45,671 nt of DNA, taken from positions 1-45,671 of the forward strand of contig JALJEE010001512.1 of the NCBI GenBank assembly GCA_023231475.1, read 5' to 3'. Each line of letters opens with the position of its first letter. Position 1 is the first letter of the stretch. Positions 13,202-25,509 of this stretch are shown here, in pieces. The translations under genes and the position numbers were made by a program. Source of the stretch: Seison nebaliae. Taxonomy: Eukaryota. The notes below the pieces were generated by a model. It was not told the DNA's origin. It ran no database searches and was given only the letters and a program-made list of their open reading frames with translations.

Positions 13202-15720
13202 TAAGTGACTGAACCTAGAAGATTCAAAGCTAATAATTTACACGACTTACTCCCCTTTCTCCTTCTCTTAATTTCATTTAAATTTATTCTAAACATTTTC
13301 ATTCCAATCTTCCCACCACCATAACTTGCGATTCATTCTGATATTATTTTTTTTATAATTTTCAATTTTTTTTATCATTTTATCCGTCGTGATGGAGTTA
13401 GATATCGATTATCTAATAATCGAAATTAATCTGTTTTTAACAAAATTTTTCTTTCAAATAATTCTCAAGAAGTTGCCTTGATTATTATTTCGATTTAGTT
13501 GACTTGACAGTGGATTAACGGAGAAGAAAACAAGGAACCAGTTAATATCAAATTTTTACTCCCACTCCTGCCCATCAATAATGATTAAGGAAATAATTGG
13601 AGGGAGATACGACGATTACATATCATGTTGTTTTAGGAGGAAGGAGTGATGTACATGTCAGGGTAGAAAAATAGGCGATAATATAGTAGTAATGTCCTAC
13701 AAATGAATAATAGAAAGACCGAAATGAATAAGAGATAAATGAAAAAAATTAATATTCCTCCCAACAGTTATCAGGTGCTAATTGGACAATCGTGCATGTT
13801 GTTATCGACAATATCGTTGATGAACTGATTCACATTTCCTATTAATTTCTCCATTTACGTTCTGTTCAACTGTGTTTGGGACTAATTGAAGGGAAGAAGG
13901 ATAATAAAGTCTTCGTCCAATAAATTCGACTCGAATCAGACGACGACCAAATCTAAATCATCAAATGCAAAGCAACTAGTTCTTCATTTCTTTTTAATCT
14001 AGCGACCTAATCAGAAAATTCGTGACGGTATTGAGTTAGTACAGGTATAATTATATGATCCTTCTACTCCGAAGATATGAGAGAAGTATTATTTCATGAT
14101 TGCATATCATTTTGACGATCATATAATTTATCTATGAACTTTATAAACTGTCGATTGTGAAGTGTATGTATGACGTTTTCATTGTCCTCCTCTTCTATTC
14201 TCATCCACTTAACCCTTACATTTCATTCAAAGCAATAATAATGATGGCGAATAAATTAACCATAAATAGTATAAACAAATGTCAAGAAAAGTTTTTCGCT
14301 TTTTTCTACTTACAGATATTTCAAAAGTTTTTTAAAAAATTTCCGAACGATGAAGCAAACCGTAAAAATGAGGGGGAGATCTAATAATTTTCCATTTTAT
14401 TCATTCCACATTTAACTTCATGAATTTCTTGAACTAGCACACTTACTAATTTTCAAAGTTCTGAGTTTTCTTCATAAATTTTCTTAAAATCATTTTGATC
14501 ATGTCTCAAATTTAAAGTGGACAGAAAAGAGATGGTGTACAAATCGTCAATATGTAATTGGTAAGTAGTCATTTCATAAAAGAGGAACGCTTCCTGTCTT
14601 GTGCGCTTCTCCCATCGCCTTCCAACTGTCTTTTCTCACGTATTCATCATGAATAGTATCATGCAGGCAAAGTTTATTTTGTGTGTACAGGATGTAAGGC
14701 TCATTGTCGGGTTCATGTTGAACGAAGATAGAAATAGAACATGAAAATTTTCAAATTGTGTTTCAATTTAAGTCACCTAATTCTATGTGTTCCTCTCTAC
14801 ATATTACATCTTAACTACGCAACGGTGACATCGTCCATCTAAAGAAATATCAGAGATTTTGGTTGTCTTAGCAAAAATTAATAAATCAGCAAGACAGTCC
14901 TCCATGCTACCCCTAAAAACAGAGGGGATGTAAGTGAACATTGGAAATATTCGTTTTTTTTTTATTGTAAATAGATCGACTCCAAACAGCCCACCTCCAC
15001 TATATCTACTACTACTACTACTACACGTATTTTGTTCATTAATATTTCCATTCCAATAATTTTTTTCAGAGAAATTTATAGCATAATTTCTATCTAATTA
15101 TGAAAGAAAACTTTCGATTACGATGTAACGCAAAACATGACGATGTTGGAGATGAATGAACCAACCAAGTTGACACGAAACAATAAAGTTCGATAAATTC
15201 CTTCAATTCTTTTTCAATCATCGTGATTAACATGTATAAAGAGATTTCTGAAATAGTTCATAGAAATGTAGATTTGTCTTCTTCTATTTGACTTGTCTTC
15301 ATTTTCAGTTTGAAATAATTCGTCTACTTTCCTCCATACCATTCTCCATTCATTCATTCCTCCATGGATAAGCATCATCCTTTCATTCATCTGTTTCCAT
15401 CGAGTATCCCCGTTCACTTAAAAGAAAATAATTCGATGGAATTGGATTAAATGTCTACATTGGGTTTTTCTTTTTGTTGAGAGAAATTTAAGTAAAACTT
15501 TTTATGTATATTTCCATTTTTCATGATGCTGGATGTTCATCATTTAACCCGACTCTTTATCCATAATTGATTTCCCGTCAGGAAACCGTATCGTCTCCTT
15601 AATCTTTCGTTTAATTATCCTAAAAATTTTATGAATCATTCAATTTCCATCTTACTTATGTTAGAAAAAAAAATTTTTCGATACAATTCTAATTAGATAA
15701 TTCAACGATATTCAAGAGAT

Positions 15721-16059
15721 ATGACGCGACTTTCCTTCAATTTAATTTGCGGAATATTCATTTTTTGCCTAAGTACTTCGATTCATCACGCTAACTCGTT
15801 GCCATGGCAACCGGATGATGCGTATTTAGTGAAAGCTCTTCGTCGCATCATATTGGAAGATCGGGATGACGGGATAGTGGATTGGAAGAAGATCTTCGAA
15901 CCGAAGGAAATTAAACTCATCGACAATGTTGCGAAGAAACGGAGTAAACTACTCAACATGCCACGTTGGGGCAAGCGCAATGAATATATGCCATTACAAT
16001 CGATCATCGACGATGATTATGATAAGCGATCATTCAAATCAATACCACGTTGGGGATAA
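15721..16059 (+). CDS. Neuropeptide precursor (112 aa) yielding SKLLNMPRW-amide and SFKSIPRW-amide
   Basis: Hydrophobic signal peptide; KKR-SKLLNMPRW-GKR; acidic spacer; KR-SFKSIPRW-G-stop. Dibasic convertase sites plus Gly amide donors. Intronless CDS. Confidence 0.9.
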   Translation: MTRLSFNLICGIFIFCLSTSIHHANSLPWQPDDAYLVKALRRIILEDRDDGIVDWKKIFEPKEIKLIDNVAKKRSKLLNMPRWGKRNEYMPLQSIIDDDYDKRSFKSIPRWG

Positions 16060-16101
16060 ACGAAACAATTCATAAAGATTGATTTACATTCGACATCTCT
16101 C

Positions 16102-16175
16102 CACATGCACACACACACACACACACATATACACAATTACACCCACACATCTTCACGTGCACCCCAAACATACAC
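16102..16175. repeat. (CA)-rich tract in the 3' UTR of the PRW-amide precursor
   Basis: cacatgcacacacacacacacacacatatacac... about 45 nt after the stop codon. Confidence 0.85.
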
Positions 16176-16544
16176 CAATACTGCCCATACTCTACTTTTC
16201 TCTATTAATATATTCCAAAGTTGTCATTCGTGTGCAAATATGAGTTGTGGTATGAAATTATTCGTTTAATATCAACTAATTTATTCATTAGACCATTTTT
16301 TATTTAATGGAGGAAGAACATCGGTCTATTTTCTTTTTTAACTTTTTTTGGGAGAAAGAATGCACATCTCATCAATATGTTTTATTTTATTTTTCTAAAT
16401 TTTATTTTTATTTAATAAATAAATTCATTTGGAACGTTCTCTTCCCATACCAATCCTCTCATCGAATTCTTTCTTTCAAATCGAAAATTTTTCCGTTCCG
16501 AAAAAAAAAAACAAAATGACAATAACAAATTTATTCCATGAAAT

Positions 16545-17090
16545 TTAATTGGGTGACAGATAATATCTAGAGAGAACGACAATTATCAGAGAATTTGAGA
16601 AAGAAATACTAACGGTAGTTTTATTGAAATAAATAATCGCGCTGCCAAATATGGGAGAACTGTCATGATCGATCCAATTCCCATTGTCATGTAACGGTTG
16701 AATCGTCGGATTCCTGGCGCTTGCGCCATTGTCAAGAGGACCAGTCCAGTTCCGCCTAAGACGAACATCATCGATGATACTAATCCTTCCATGATATATT
16801 GACCGTTCATTCGATAGAGAAGAAATGGTTCCATTACCGTTCTTCCCATACTATCCGTTTTCGTTCCCATCGAATGTGGTTCAATAATCACATCATAAAC
16901 AATTCCTGAAAACAGAATAAGAAAATAATTAAGGAGAAAATGGAGAACCTCCAACGAATAAGAAGTAGGTCAACATGGCAAAACCGAAAAACAAATTTTT
17001 CGACGGAAGTGCAAACCATGATGGGCGACGGAATTGGATGTTCGGTGCCTCCAACCAACTGAATACGAGTCGTTCGAGAATTACGGACAT
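16545..17090 (-). CDS. OSTC: Oligosaccharyltransferase complex subunit OSTC/DC2, 151 aa
   Basis: Exons 17090-16949, 16905-16614 and 16566-16545. Motifs YFLFVGGIVYDVIIEP, YRMNGQYIMEGL and C-terminal KLPYYL match OSTC (GGIIYDVIVEP, RVNGQYIMEGL, KLPGYL). Confidence 0.95.
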
Positions 17091-18188
17091 TGACAAAAAC
17101 GAATTAAATGATTTTGAATCTATTTGAAAATGAATTAATTCTTTTCCACTTTCTATCAAGTTGGAGAATGGTTCTGATGACGTTGAGAATTGAACGGAAA
17201 AAATTCTCGGGAAAGCTTCCCCTTCAAATTAGAAACCTACCCCAACTTTCTTCATTTGGATGATAAATTTTTTTAAAACCATTTTCACATTTCCATGAAA
17301 TTGTTGGAATTATTCCAGCCGATTTTCTATTACTTACTATTAGTTTTTTCAGAAATGATCCATATTATGACATTATTATAGAACAAAAATATCATGTCGA
17401 AGGAAATAGTTTATGATAATTTTCCTTTACTTGTTTTGTCCAAATGTTAGATACTATTCTTTGGTAGAAAATTAGTGTAAAACTTAAAACATGTTTATTA
17501 CCCTTTAATCCATAAAATAAAGAGTATCGACTGTATTGGTTTGAAATTTTATCGATTGATACACGATCAATTTTATAAAAATCGATTCGGCATAAAATAT
17601 CCTCACAGACGTTAGAATATGTGCACAACAAATGCAAACAAAAATAGTTTTTTATAAACAATCTAAATAAAAATTTCCAATAATTTAAATTTGTCAATTA
17701 AGCAAATTTTCTGTAGATAATGAAAAAATAATCCTTCTCGGACACTATTCAATAATTGCGTAACCATTAGATATTTATAAATTTTTTTTACATTTACAGT
17801 CGATTGTTCAGGCTGAAATCGAATATTGTACATAAAGTTATTTTTTTTAATTTAAAAACCTAAAATGTAATTTTCCATGTTCGTCAATCAATCGATTATT
17901 TGGAACGAATTTTAATTTCATTTTTCTTAAAATTATAACTATTTGAAAGAACTTGAACCGAAGTATGAAGTGTATGAAATTTTACGAATATTACGAATAC
18001 TAAATGAAGAAAATTATGAACGTTCAAAAAAAATTTAATTAACGGAACAATTAATTATAATTTTTTAAATTTATATAATTCAAATATTTCAGGGAAAATT
18101 ATTTTCCTGATAATTTAATAAATAAACTTTATCGGTTCAGAAGAGAATATTCAGATAGCGCAAACGATTTAAGGAATTAAATGAAGAG

Positions 18189-18251
18189 AAAGAAGTTATA
18201 ACTTCTTTAAGATTTCGTTCATGATTTAACTTTAAGTTATAACTTAAAGTT
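18189..18251. repeat. Two perfect palindromes (20 bp and 24 bp) sharing the core AAGTTATAACTT
   Basis: AAAGAAGTTATAACTTCTTT (18189-18208) and AACTTTAAGTTATAACTTAAAGTT (18228-18251). Confidence 0.9.
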
Positions 18252-18409
18252 CATTGATTACGTTCATCGAATTTATTTAAAAGTTGAAAGTTCTCATTTA
18301 AAATCTAATAATAATAACTTTAAAATGGTTTCATTGAATAAATTGGAATTGTGGAAAGAAGAATGAGAATGAAAGAAAGAAAGAATAAATATGGACAAGG
18401 AAAGGATAA

Positions 18410-18931
18410 TTATTGTTGGGTGTTGGGGTATAGATTGAATGCGCGACAAACTAGTTGAACTAATAATTCAACATATTGTGAATTAATTGCTAAGAAGCAA
18501 TAACAACAAATAGTGGAAGATGAATATAGAGTATTCAATGCGTTCATTGCGAATACTTTGGGATAACGAACATCTTGGACGACGTAAGAGATGTGACTGA
18601 TGGGAAAATGACGAATGATTTTTTGCGCTTCCAATAATCGTTTTTCTTGTTTATCTCGATGTTTAATGAGATTATCAGGCGATTGAACGGGAACGATATA
18701 GATTCCATCTTGATTAACAAAGAGTTCGACGGAGACACATAAATCTAAATCATCAGCATTTCTTAAACGTTCCACAATCTTATCAACAGATGATCGTAAT
18801 CGATCCCCACCCCAAAGTACATCGATTTCACATTCACCCAAATACTTCATTTTCACTTTCTGCGGTAATTGTACATCGTCGTTGATATTGCTGATCTCAT
18901 GATAAAAATTGAAATTGGATCCATTGTTCAT
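18410..18931 (-). CDS. PTB/PID (phosphotyrosine-binding) domain adaptor protein; 5' exons unresolved
   Basis: KMKYLGECEI, VELFVNQDGIYIV, FPISHISYVVQD..PKVFA, CYCF and LVQLVCRAF are typical PTB-domain elements. The frame stays open about 60 nt upstream of the ATG up to an AAG. Confidence 0.85.
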   Translation of the reverse strand: MNNGSNFNFYHEISNINDDVQLPQKVKMKYLGECEIDVLWGGDRLRSSVDKIVERLRNADDLDLCVSVELFVNQDGIYIVPVQSPDNLIKHRDKQEKRLLEAQKIIRHFPISHISYVVQDVRYPKVFAMNALNTLYSSSTICCYCFLAINSQYVELLVQLVCRAFNLYPNTQQ

Positions 18932-21900
18932 TTTATCATAATCGATTTTGATTTGAAGATGGTGTATATGATGTGAATTGAATGTCTTCTTTATTTCAAA
19001 CGCAATTCAATTAATTCAATTTATTGTTTGTTTGTGATTGAATGAAATAAAATTCAACATTGAAACTGATAATCGTAATGTGTCCGTTGTTGTTCTTGTA
19101 CTTGTAACAACAATAATGTGTTTAATGAGAACTGCAATGACAACTTCCTATAAGAGAAAGACGTCGATGTTCGTCGTTGTCTTCATTCTCCTCCTTTTGT
19201 ATACTTTCTCTGGAATAGAAGAGTTATTGGAGAAAATATTTTTATAAAACAAAGAAATAAGTGACAACTCCTTCAATTTCGTGGTATATGATACCTATTA
19301 ATATCATATCATTCCTAGTTCTATTCGACTATTTCTCTCCCCGCTTCATGGAGTCCAACAATAAAATTTCGATAAGAATCATTTCCACATGAACTCAAAT
19401 TAGACGTCTCATTCGTTAAGAAAGACTATTGGACCTAATGTGGAACTGCAGCACATGTATATGTATATGTATATATATATATAATTATTCTCCAGAAATC
19501 ATATATACTTCAATTCCATTACACTCCACAACACAACTTCGACGTCTCGGGGAATTGGAGACGTTGGTCGAATAAGAAAAGTATTGGGGGAAAACATGAA
19601 GAAACAAAACTGACGTTAGCTCAAGTGTCTTGTCCTTTCCATTTCGTATATGTCAACCGATTTAAAGTTTTATATTTTGATACTTCTCCCTTTTCTCTCA
19701 TGAAACACATAATCATTTAAATTTCCTTTTTCAAATTTCAATTTTAATAAAATGTAGTAAATAATTAAAAATCAAATAAGAATTTACTTCGAGAAAGAAA
19801 GAAAGAACTTTGGAGAATTCTCCCTAAAGACAATTTATTTCGTTCGACATTATTATTTTTCTATTATAATCCAACAAGATAATATATTGTCTTTGTTTTA
19901 GAACAAGGATAAGTTGAGAAAAACAAATATTTCTTAATAACAATAAAAGAAAGAAAATTTTTAAAAGTTAAGACATCATTCTTATTAGTCTTTATTAGGT
20001 AAATGGGATTGTGTGAGACGACATAATCAGGAATTGAGAAGAGAAGGAATTGGTTCGAAAGGTTTAATAAGGAAAAAAAAGGTTGAAATATTGAACATAT
20101 GCAGGAATTAATGTTGTCGTTAAAAACTCGTTAAGTATTGAGGAATTGCACTTTGTAAAACGGTTAAATGTTAAGTGGAAGGCAATGATGGTGGGAGAGA
20201 AGGATGTGATAGATATCTATTATTCATCAATAGAGAACACATTAATTGGTGTAATATATCAATAGAGAAATCGTAATAGATCTGACGGAAACTGAAAAAG
20301 ATGAAACCACTAACGATCCGTAGCCATTTAGACTCATTAGCACAGTTAACCGATTCATTGAGACTGTTGTTCCATTCGATGCTCTTCCGCTTTCTTAAAA
20401 ACAGATTACTTATTTATCGTCTTCATATCAACAATGAATCATCTGATCTATTCTTCCCTACTATCTATTGACTCTCATTCTCTTCCATCTCTTCTCCGTC
20501 TTCATTTTACTCCGTTTGTTACTTCTTCTTCCTAAAACTTAAAACTTAACTCGTAGTCCAACTTTCAATCGTTTTGTTCGAATGAGAAATTATGTGGAAT
20601 TTAATAATTTCATTTACCTTCCCTCACTGTCACCAAAAAAATAATGATAATTTATGCTAACAATAACAATGATAAAGAGGAAAATGGTAATGAGACTTTG
20701 GAGAAAGCGTCTCCTTCTTCCCACGGAGGAAAACCTTAAAATGATTCTGTTGATTTACTGTTGTGGAGCTAATACTACCAGATGGGGAATGAGAAGGTGT
20801 TTCAAAACGTCAAACGATACGGAGGGCGCAACGTCGAGAATAAGGACAAAGAAATGAAACGAAATACATCTAATAATAATGATATAATAGCAACAGATTG
20901 TATCATAAATTGAAGAAATGAAAAAAAAAACCGAATTTACATGTGCAACATGTACATGTTGTATTCTTCTGACTTCTTAATCGGGTAATCATGCAAGGAA
21001 ATATTAAGAAAATTAGAACGGCTGTGACTGACTACTCACACTCTCGTTAGTTCGTTCATTTGATCGAACCTTTCATTTGTGTTATTTTTCCATCTATCTC
21101 ATTCTGAAGCGAACTGGAACGCCATCTGCTTATACTAATTTGATGCAGTAGCAGCAGTTCATGTAAAATTTGCAATTCCAAAAAAATTAGTTAATAGGCA
21201 ACATAAGAACCCGACTATTTCGCTCAACGCACAAATGGAGAATGATGACATGGAGCGATGGTATATATGTTGGAGAAAGTTTGAAGAGAAGTGCTGACTA
21301 ATTTTCTTCCAATAATCAATTCTCACAATATATGGAATTAAGAATTCTCTTAATGATTCGAGACAAAAAAAAAAACGAATTAATTTTGCAGACGCACATC
21401 TCGTCTTATTAGGACGATCAATAATAAGTGCGAGAGCAGACAGAAGAAGATAATTATTTCGATAACATCACTTTGTTAGAAATAATAATTCTCTCTATTT
21501 CATTTCCTTATCATTCACATCTCATTCCACATAAATATCAATCATTTCTTTTTAATTTTTTCCATTTTTATGATTTGGGAGGAATGAAGATGGGCGTTAT
21601 TCTCATCCGAATGCTTATAACACCGCATCTCGTCTATTAACGAAATATTAATCGATATGAGACAACTCTCTAATCTAATTGATCGGTGGGATAATCAATC
21701 GGATGACATATCACCACAATTCGTCATTATAAATCTCTTTCGTGAATCTCATCAATTCCATCAGAGTGTTATATTGGACCTTTGACTGAGTTGGAGTGAG
21801 ACGATGAAATGATGAAATTGAATATTTCCGTTTTTTTTTAAGGAATCATCCAAAAATCAATCGGATCATTTCCTCATTTCAAATATCTCCACCATCGACA

Positions 21901-22770
21901 TTGACAACAAAGATCAAAATATGACACAATAATCGAATTGATTTTCATAACGTCGCAATTTGACATGAAAACGGATGAGAGTTGTTGAGAAGAAAAATGT
22001 GGTTGTGAGAACAAGTTTCATGTGAGAAGAAAAAGAAAATCTCTGTCATTTTATATGATCACCATCCGTCATCATTAAAGAGCTTTCTTGGACAGAAAAG
22101 ACTGATAGAGGAAACAACGACTCCATAGTTCATTCTTATCGATTCTTCCCTCAAAAGTTCAAGTCATTCATCATTAAACGAATGAATCAACTCGATCTCT
22201 GTCCCAATGAGGGAGAGAAAGAACGTTTGTTGAAGAGAAAGATGAAATTTCAATTCTAAACTCATCACAATTAAATGATCTTCAAGAAAAAATAAAAAAA
22301 AATAATAATAATAAATTGAATAATAACGACGTCTTCATGTTGACAACATTCGTCGCTCATTTTTTTTAGATTTCCATTTATAATTATACCAGTAGTAGTT
22401 GATGATGGAAATTGAATATTAAATGTTTTTCTTATTAGATGAATTTAAATAAATTCTCTTCAATTCAGAGTTCAATTAACAACAATCCTTATCTTCTCAA
22501 ACGAAACATCTCATCATTCATCCAAAATTCGAAGGAATTGTTATGATCGACTTCTCACGAACTAAATTTCCTTAATTCTCATCTCATTCGTCATCTATCT
22601 TCCCAATTACCATTATTATTATATTACTTCATGTCTCTCTAATTGTTTATAAAGTTATTTCTGATAAATTTCATGATAAACTCTCCTTCCATAAACATTC
22701 CCGTTAATCGAAAGAATATTTTCCCAAAAAATTTATTGTGTTCAAACTAAAAAAAAAAGAGAAAGAGATT

Positions 22771-23857
22771 TTAAGTTACTATATCTGCCAACGGTTTCTC
22801 ATCCTCTTCTCGATCGATATCGATCTGTTTCGAAAAAGAAATATTGGAAATTTGAGAATGAAAAAACAATTAACTCGATCAAGAACATGTTTATAGATGA
22901 GACAGGAAGTTCCATCCACAAATAAAGTTGATCGACCATCAATCCATCTAGAATGAATATGAAAAAAGAAATGGAAAATAAATTTCTATTAACTCCATCG
23001 CATTCTTCAGTGAATCATGATTTTCTGATTTTAATTGCCAAAACTTTATTGTCCACGGTTTGAAGAAGATGGTAGAATTGCGAATACCTTCTGCTCGCCA
23101 TCTAATCCCAACAGTTCCATTTTCTTCATTCAAATCCATCGCATTCACCACTTTCAGTCGAACGAATCCATAACGAGCATGAGAAATCAATCGATATTTT
23201 GTTAATTGCATCACATAAGAAGAGACTCCTCTTATTAAGGAATCAGAATTGGGAGAGTTAGAAAATAAAATTTAAAGTTTTTTTTAAAGAAAATTTAAAA
23301 ATTCCGAAAAGAAAATTTGTAAAATCCGAAAAAAAATTTGGAATTCGAAGAACTTCTTGATTAACGAACATTGAAAGGGAAGATTGAGAATTACGAAGAA
23401 AAATTTGGAGAAAATGGAAATTGATTAATACGAAGAAGAAAAAGAAAATAAAAAATTTCGAAGGAAAAAAATTGAAATTTCGAAGAAAAAAATTTTGAGA
23501 AAGAAGTAGAACTTATAAATGATTGGTTGGTCTGGATTAAAATGATTTTCGAATATCACATCTTTCCTATACATGACGTAGGGATGATATTCGGCGAAGA
23601 ATTTGGGTATCTATATATTGATATATTGTTGGATTGAAATGATTTTAATTGAAAAATGAAATGAAAAGAAAATGAAAGAGAAAATTTGAGAAACTTTCGT
23701 TCTAATAATAAATAACGTGTGGAGTGAGAAATTGTTCGATATATCGCAATTGGGATAATGTCACTTCTCCAGTTTTGTTTTTTGGTGGATGATATTTCAT
23801 CGATTCTAATGAATGATGTCGAATGAATGATATTGTTGATCGATTAATTATCTTCAT
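22771..23857 (-). CDS. C6orf136: C6orf136/DUF2358-family protein (~200 aa) with a probable mitochondrial presequence
   Basis: Exons 23857-23717, 23610-23513, 23230-22994, 22947-22875 and 22824-22771. IPKFF..HPYVMYRKDVIFEN, KGVSSY, GIRWRAEG and WIDGRSTLFV..IYKHVLDRI parallel the C6orf136 motifs LPSFF..YSLDVEFIN, ARWRLVG and YDAYSTFYL..ICRHRLDKL. Start codon inferred. Confidence 0.8.
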
Positions 23858-24170
23858 AATTGATGAGACAACTGAATTTGAAATTGGTTTATTGATGAAA
23901 GATCGATGGCATTTGATAAAAATGAGAAATTGCTGAACATCAACTCGAAATAGACTTCGGCTTTTAAATTACATTAAATTCAAAATTATTCCAAATCCAG
24001 AAGATAGTCGAGAGTTCATTCTTATCGAATTGGATGAGAATGAAAATAAAAATTAATCTAATTGAAAATTCATTAAAAGAAATTTGGTTTTATTTCAAAA
24101 ATTTCAGACGAATTATATTTCATAAAATTAAAATTTTCTTCAAAATAAAAACAATTATCAACTGTACATA

Positions 24171-25076
24171 TTATTCGTTAATTTCTGATTGAGGTAATTT
24201 ACGTCGATTTTGAAGAAGATCAATCGCTTTCACGTTCTTGAATTCATTTGATTGCTCATCATAAATTTCAGTTTCTTTCGCAGTTTCGGGAAATTTATTT
24301 TTCATACGAGCTTTAAATTCTTTGAAACGTCTCTCGATTGATCTTTGTCGATTACGTTCCTTCTCCACAAATCTCGATTGATAACTTTTGATAAATTTCT
24401 TTAAAATGATGGAATTGGAAACGGTTTTAAAAGAGAATTGAATAAATATAATAATTGATTAAAGAGAAATTAACTGGTAAAGGTTGGAGCCATTTTAGTT
24501 TCCAAGTTGAGTTCACATACCAGGGAATGTGATATTCATGCTTCCGATAAGGTTGTCGAATACCCAACGAATTGATACGAATCGTTTTCTCATTCAATTT
24601 GTCGTGACGACTTTCTTTATTATCCAATTGAGCAAGTGCACGATCTCGTTCATTGACGACATATAATAAATTTTCCATACTCTCCTCTAACTTCCATGAT
24701 GAATATGAGAAAGAAATAATGGGAAAATTTAATAACAATATCGATCCTTTCTGGCGACGGAAATGTTTCATATTTGTGATAGAATTCTTCTTCTAACGTC
24801 ATAACCATATTTCTTGATTTTAATAAAACGAACCATAATTGATGGAGATCGCGATTTGATTTCAATCGTAATTCTTCTTTCTTCCAACTACGTCCTAATT
24901 ATTGGTAATGAATGAGAAATCCACACAAGAAATATTTAACCAAATTTCAACTTTTGTCCTTTCCATTCTTCTTCGTCTCCGAAAAATTCTTCCATCGAAT
25001 TAGATTTGGTAGAGAGGTGGAGATATCTTCGATTTGCAGTCGATGTGAGTAGAGAAGTCACACATCGAATTGACAT
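24171..25076 (-). CDS. MRPL47: Mitochondrial ribosomal protein L47 (uL29m), 245 aa
   Basis: Exons 25076-24941, 24894-24737, 24690-24475 and 24398-24171. Signature [54 protein letters not shown]. Confidence 0.95.
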
Positions 25077-25509
25077 CTTCTATTTCGACTATTTAAAGAA
25101 TGATGAAAAATAAAAAGTAATTCAATCGATTTATATAATCGAAGAAAAATGGGAGAAAATTAATCCAATTAATTTGTGTTTTTTGAAATGACAGAAAATG
25201 AAATTTTTTACTTCTTCTTCAAATCATTATAATGTTTACTTGTATTTTATATGAAATTATTAAGGAAATTTTACAATTTTCAAATGATCAATTATAAAAG
25301 ACATTAATTTTTAATTCTACAAATTTTTCTTGGGCGATTAGTAATAGCTGTAATTTCAAATTTCAATAATTCTTTCTCTTTTCAAAAGTCCATTACTTCT
25401 CTCATCGACATATAAGAGGAGAATGAAATTCGAGAACTTCAAAATCGATTCTTCAAATTTAAGCATATCAACACTCGTATTCCAATAGGTTTTCTTTTCC
25501 TTTGATAAA

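Noticed and set aside
19030..20880. Upstream coding exons for the PTB gene
   Set aside because: Exon-like stretches at ~19060-19210 and ~20740-20870 contain stops or incompatible phases in the joins I tried; left unresolved.
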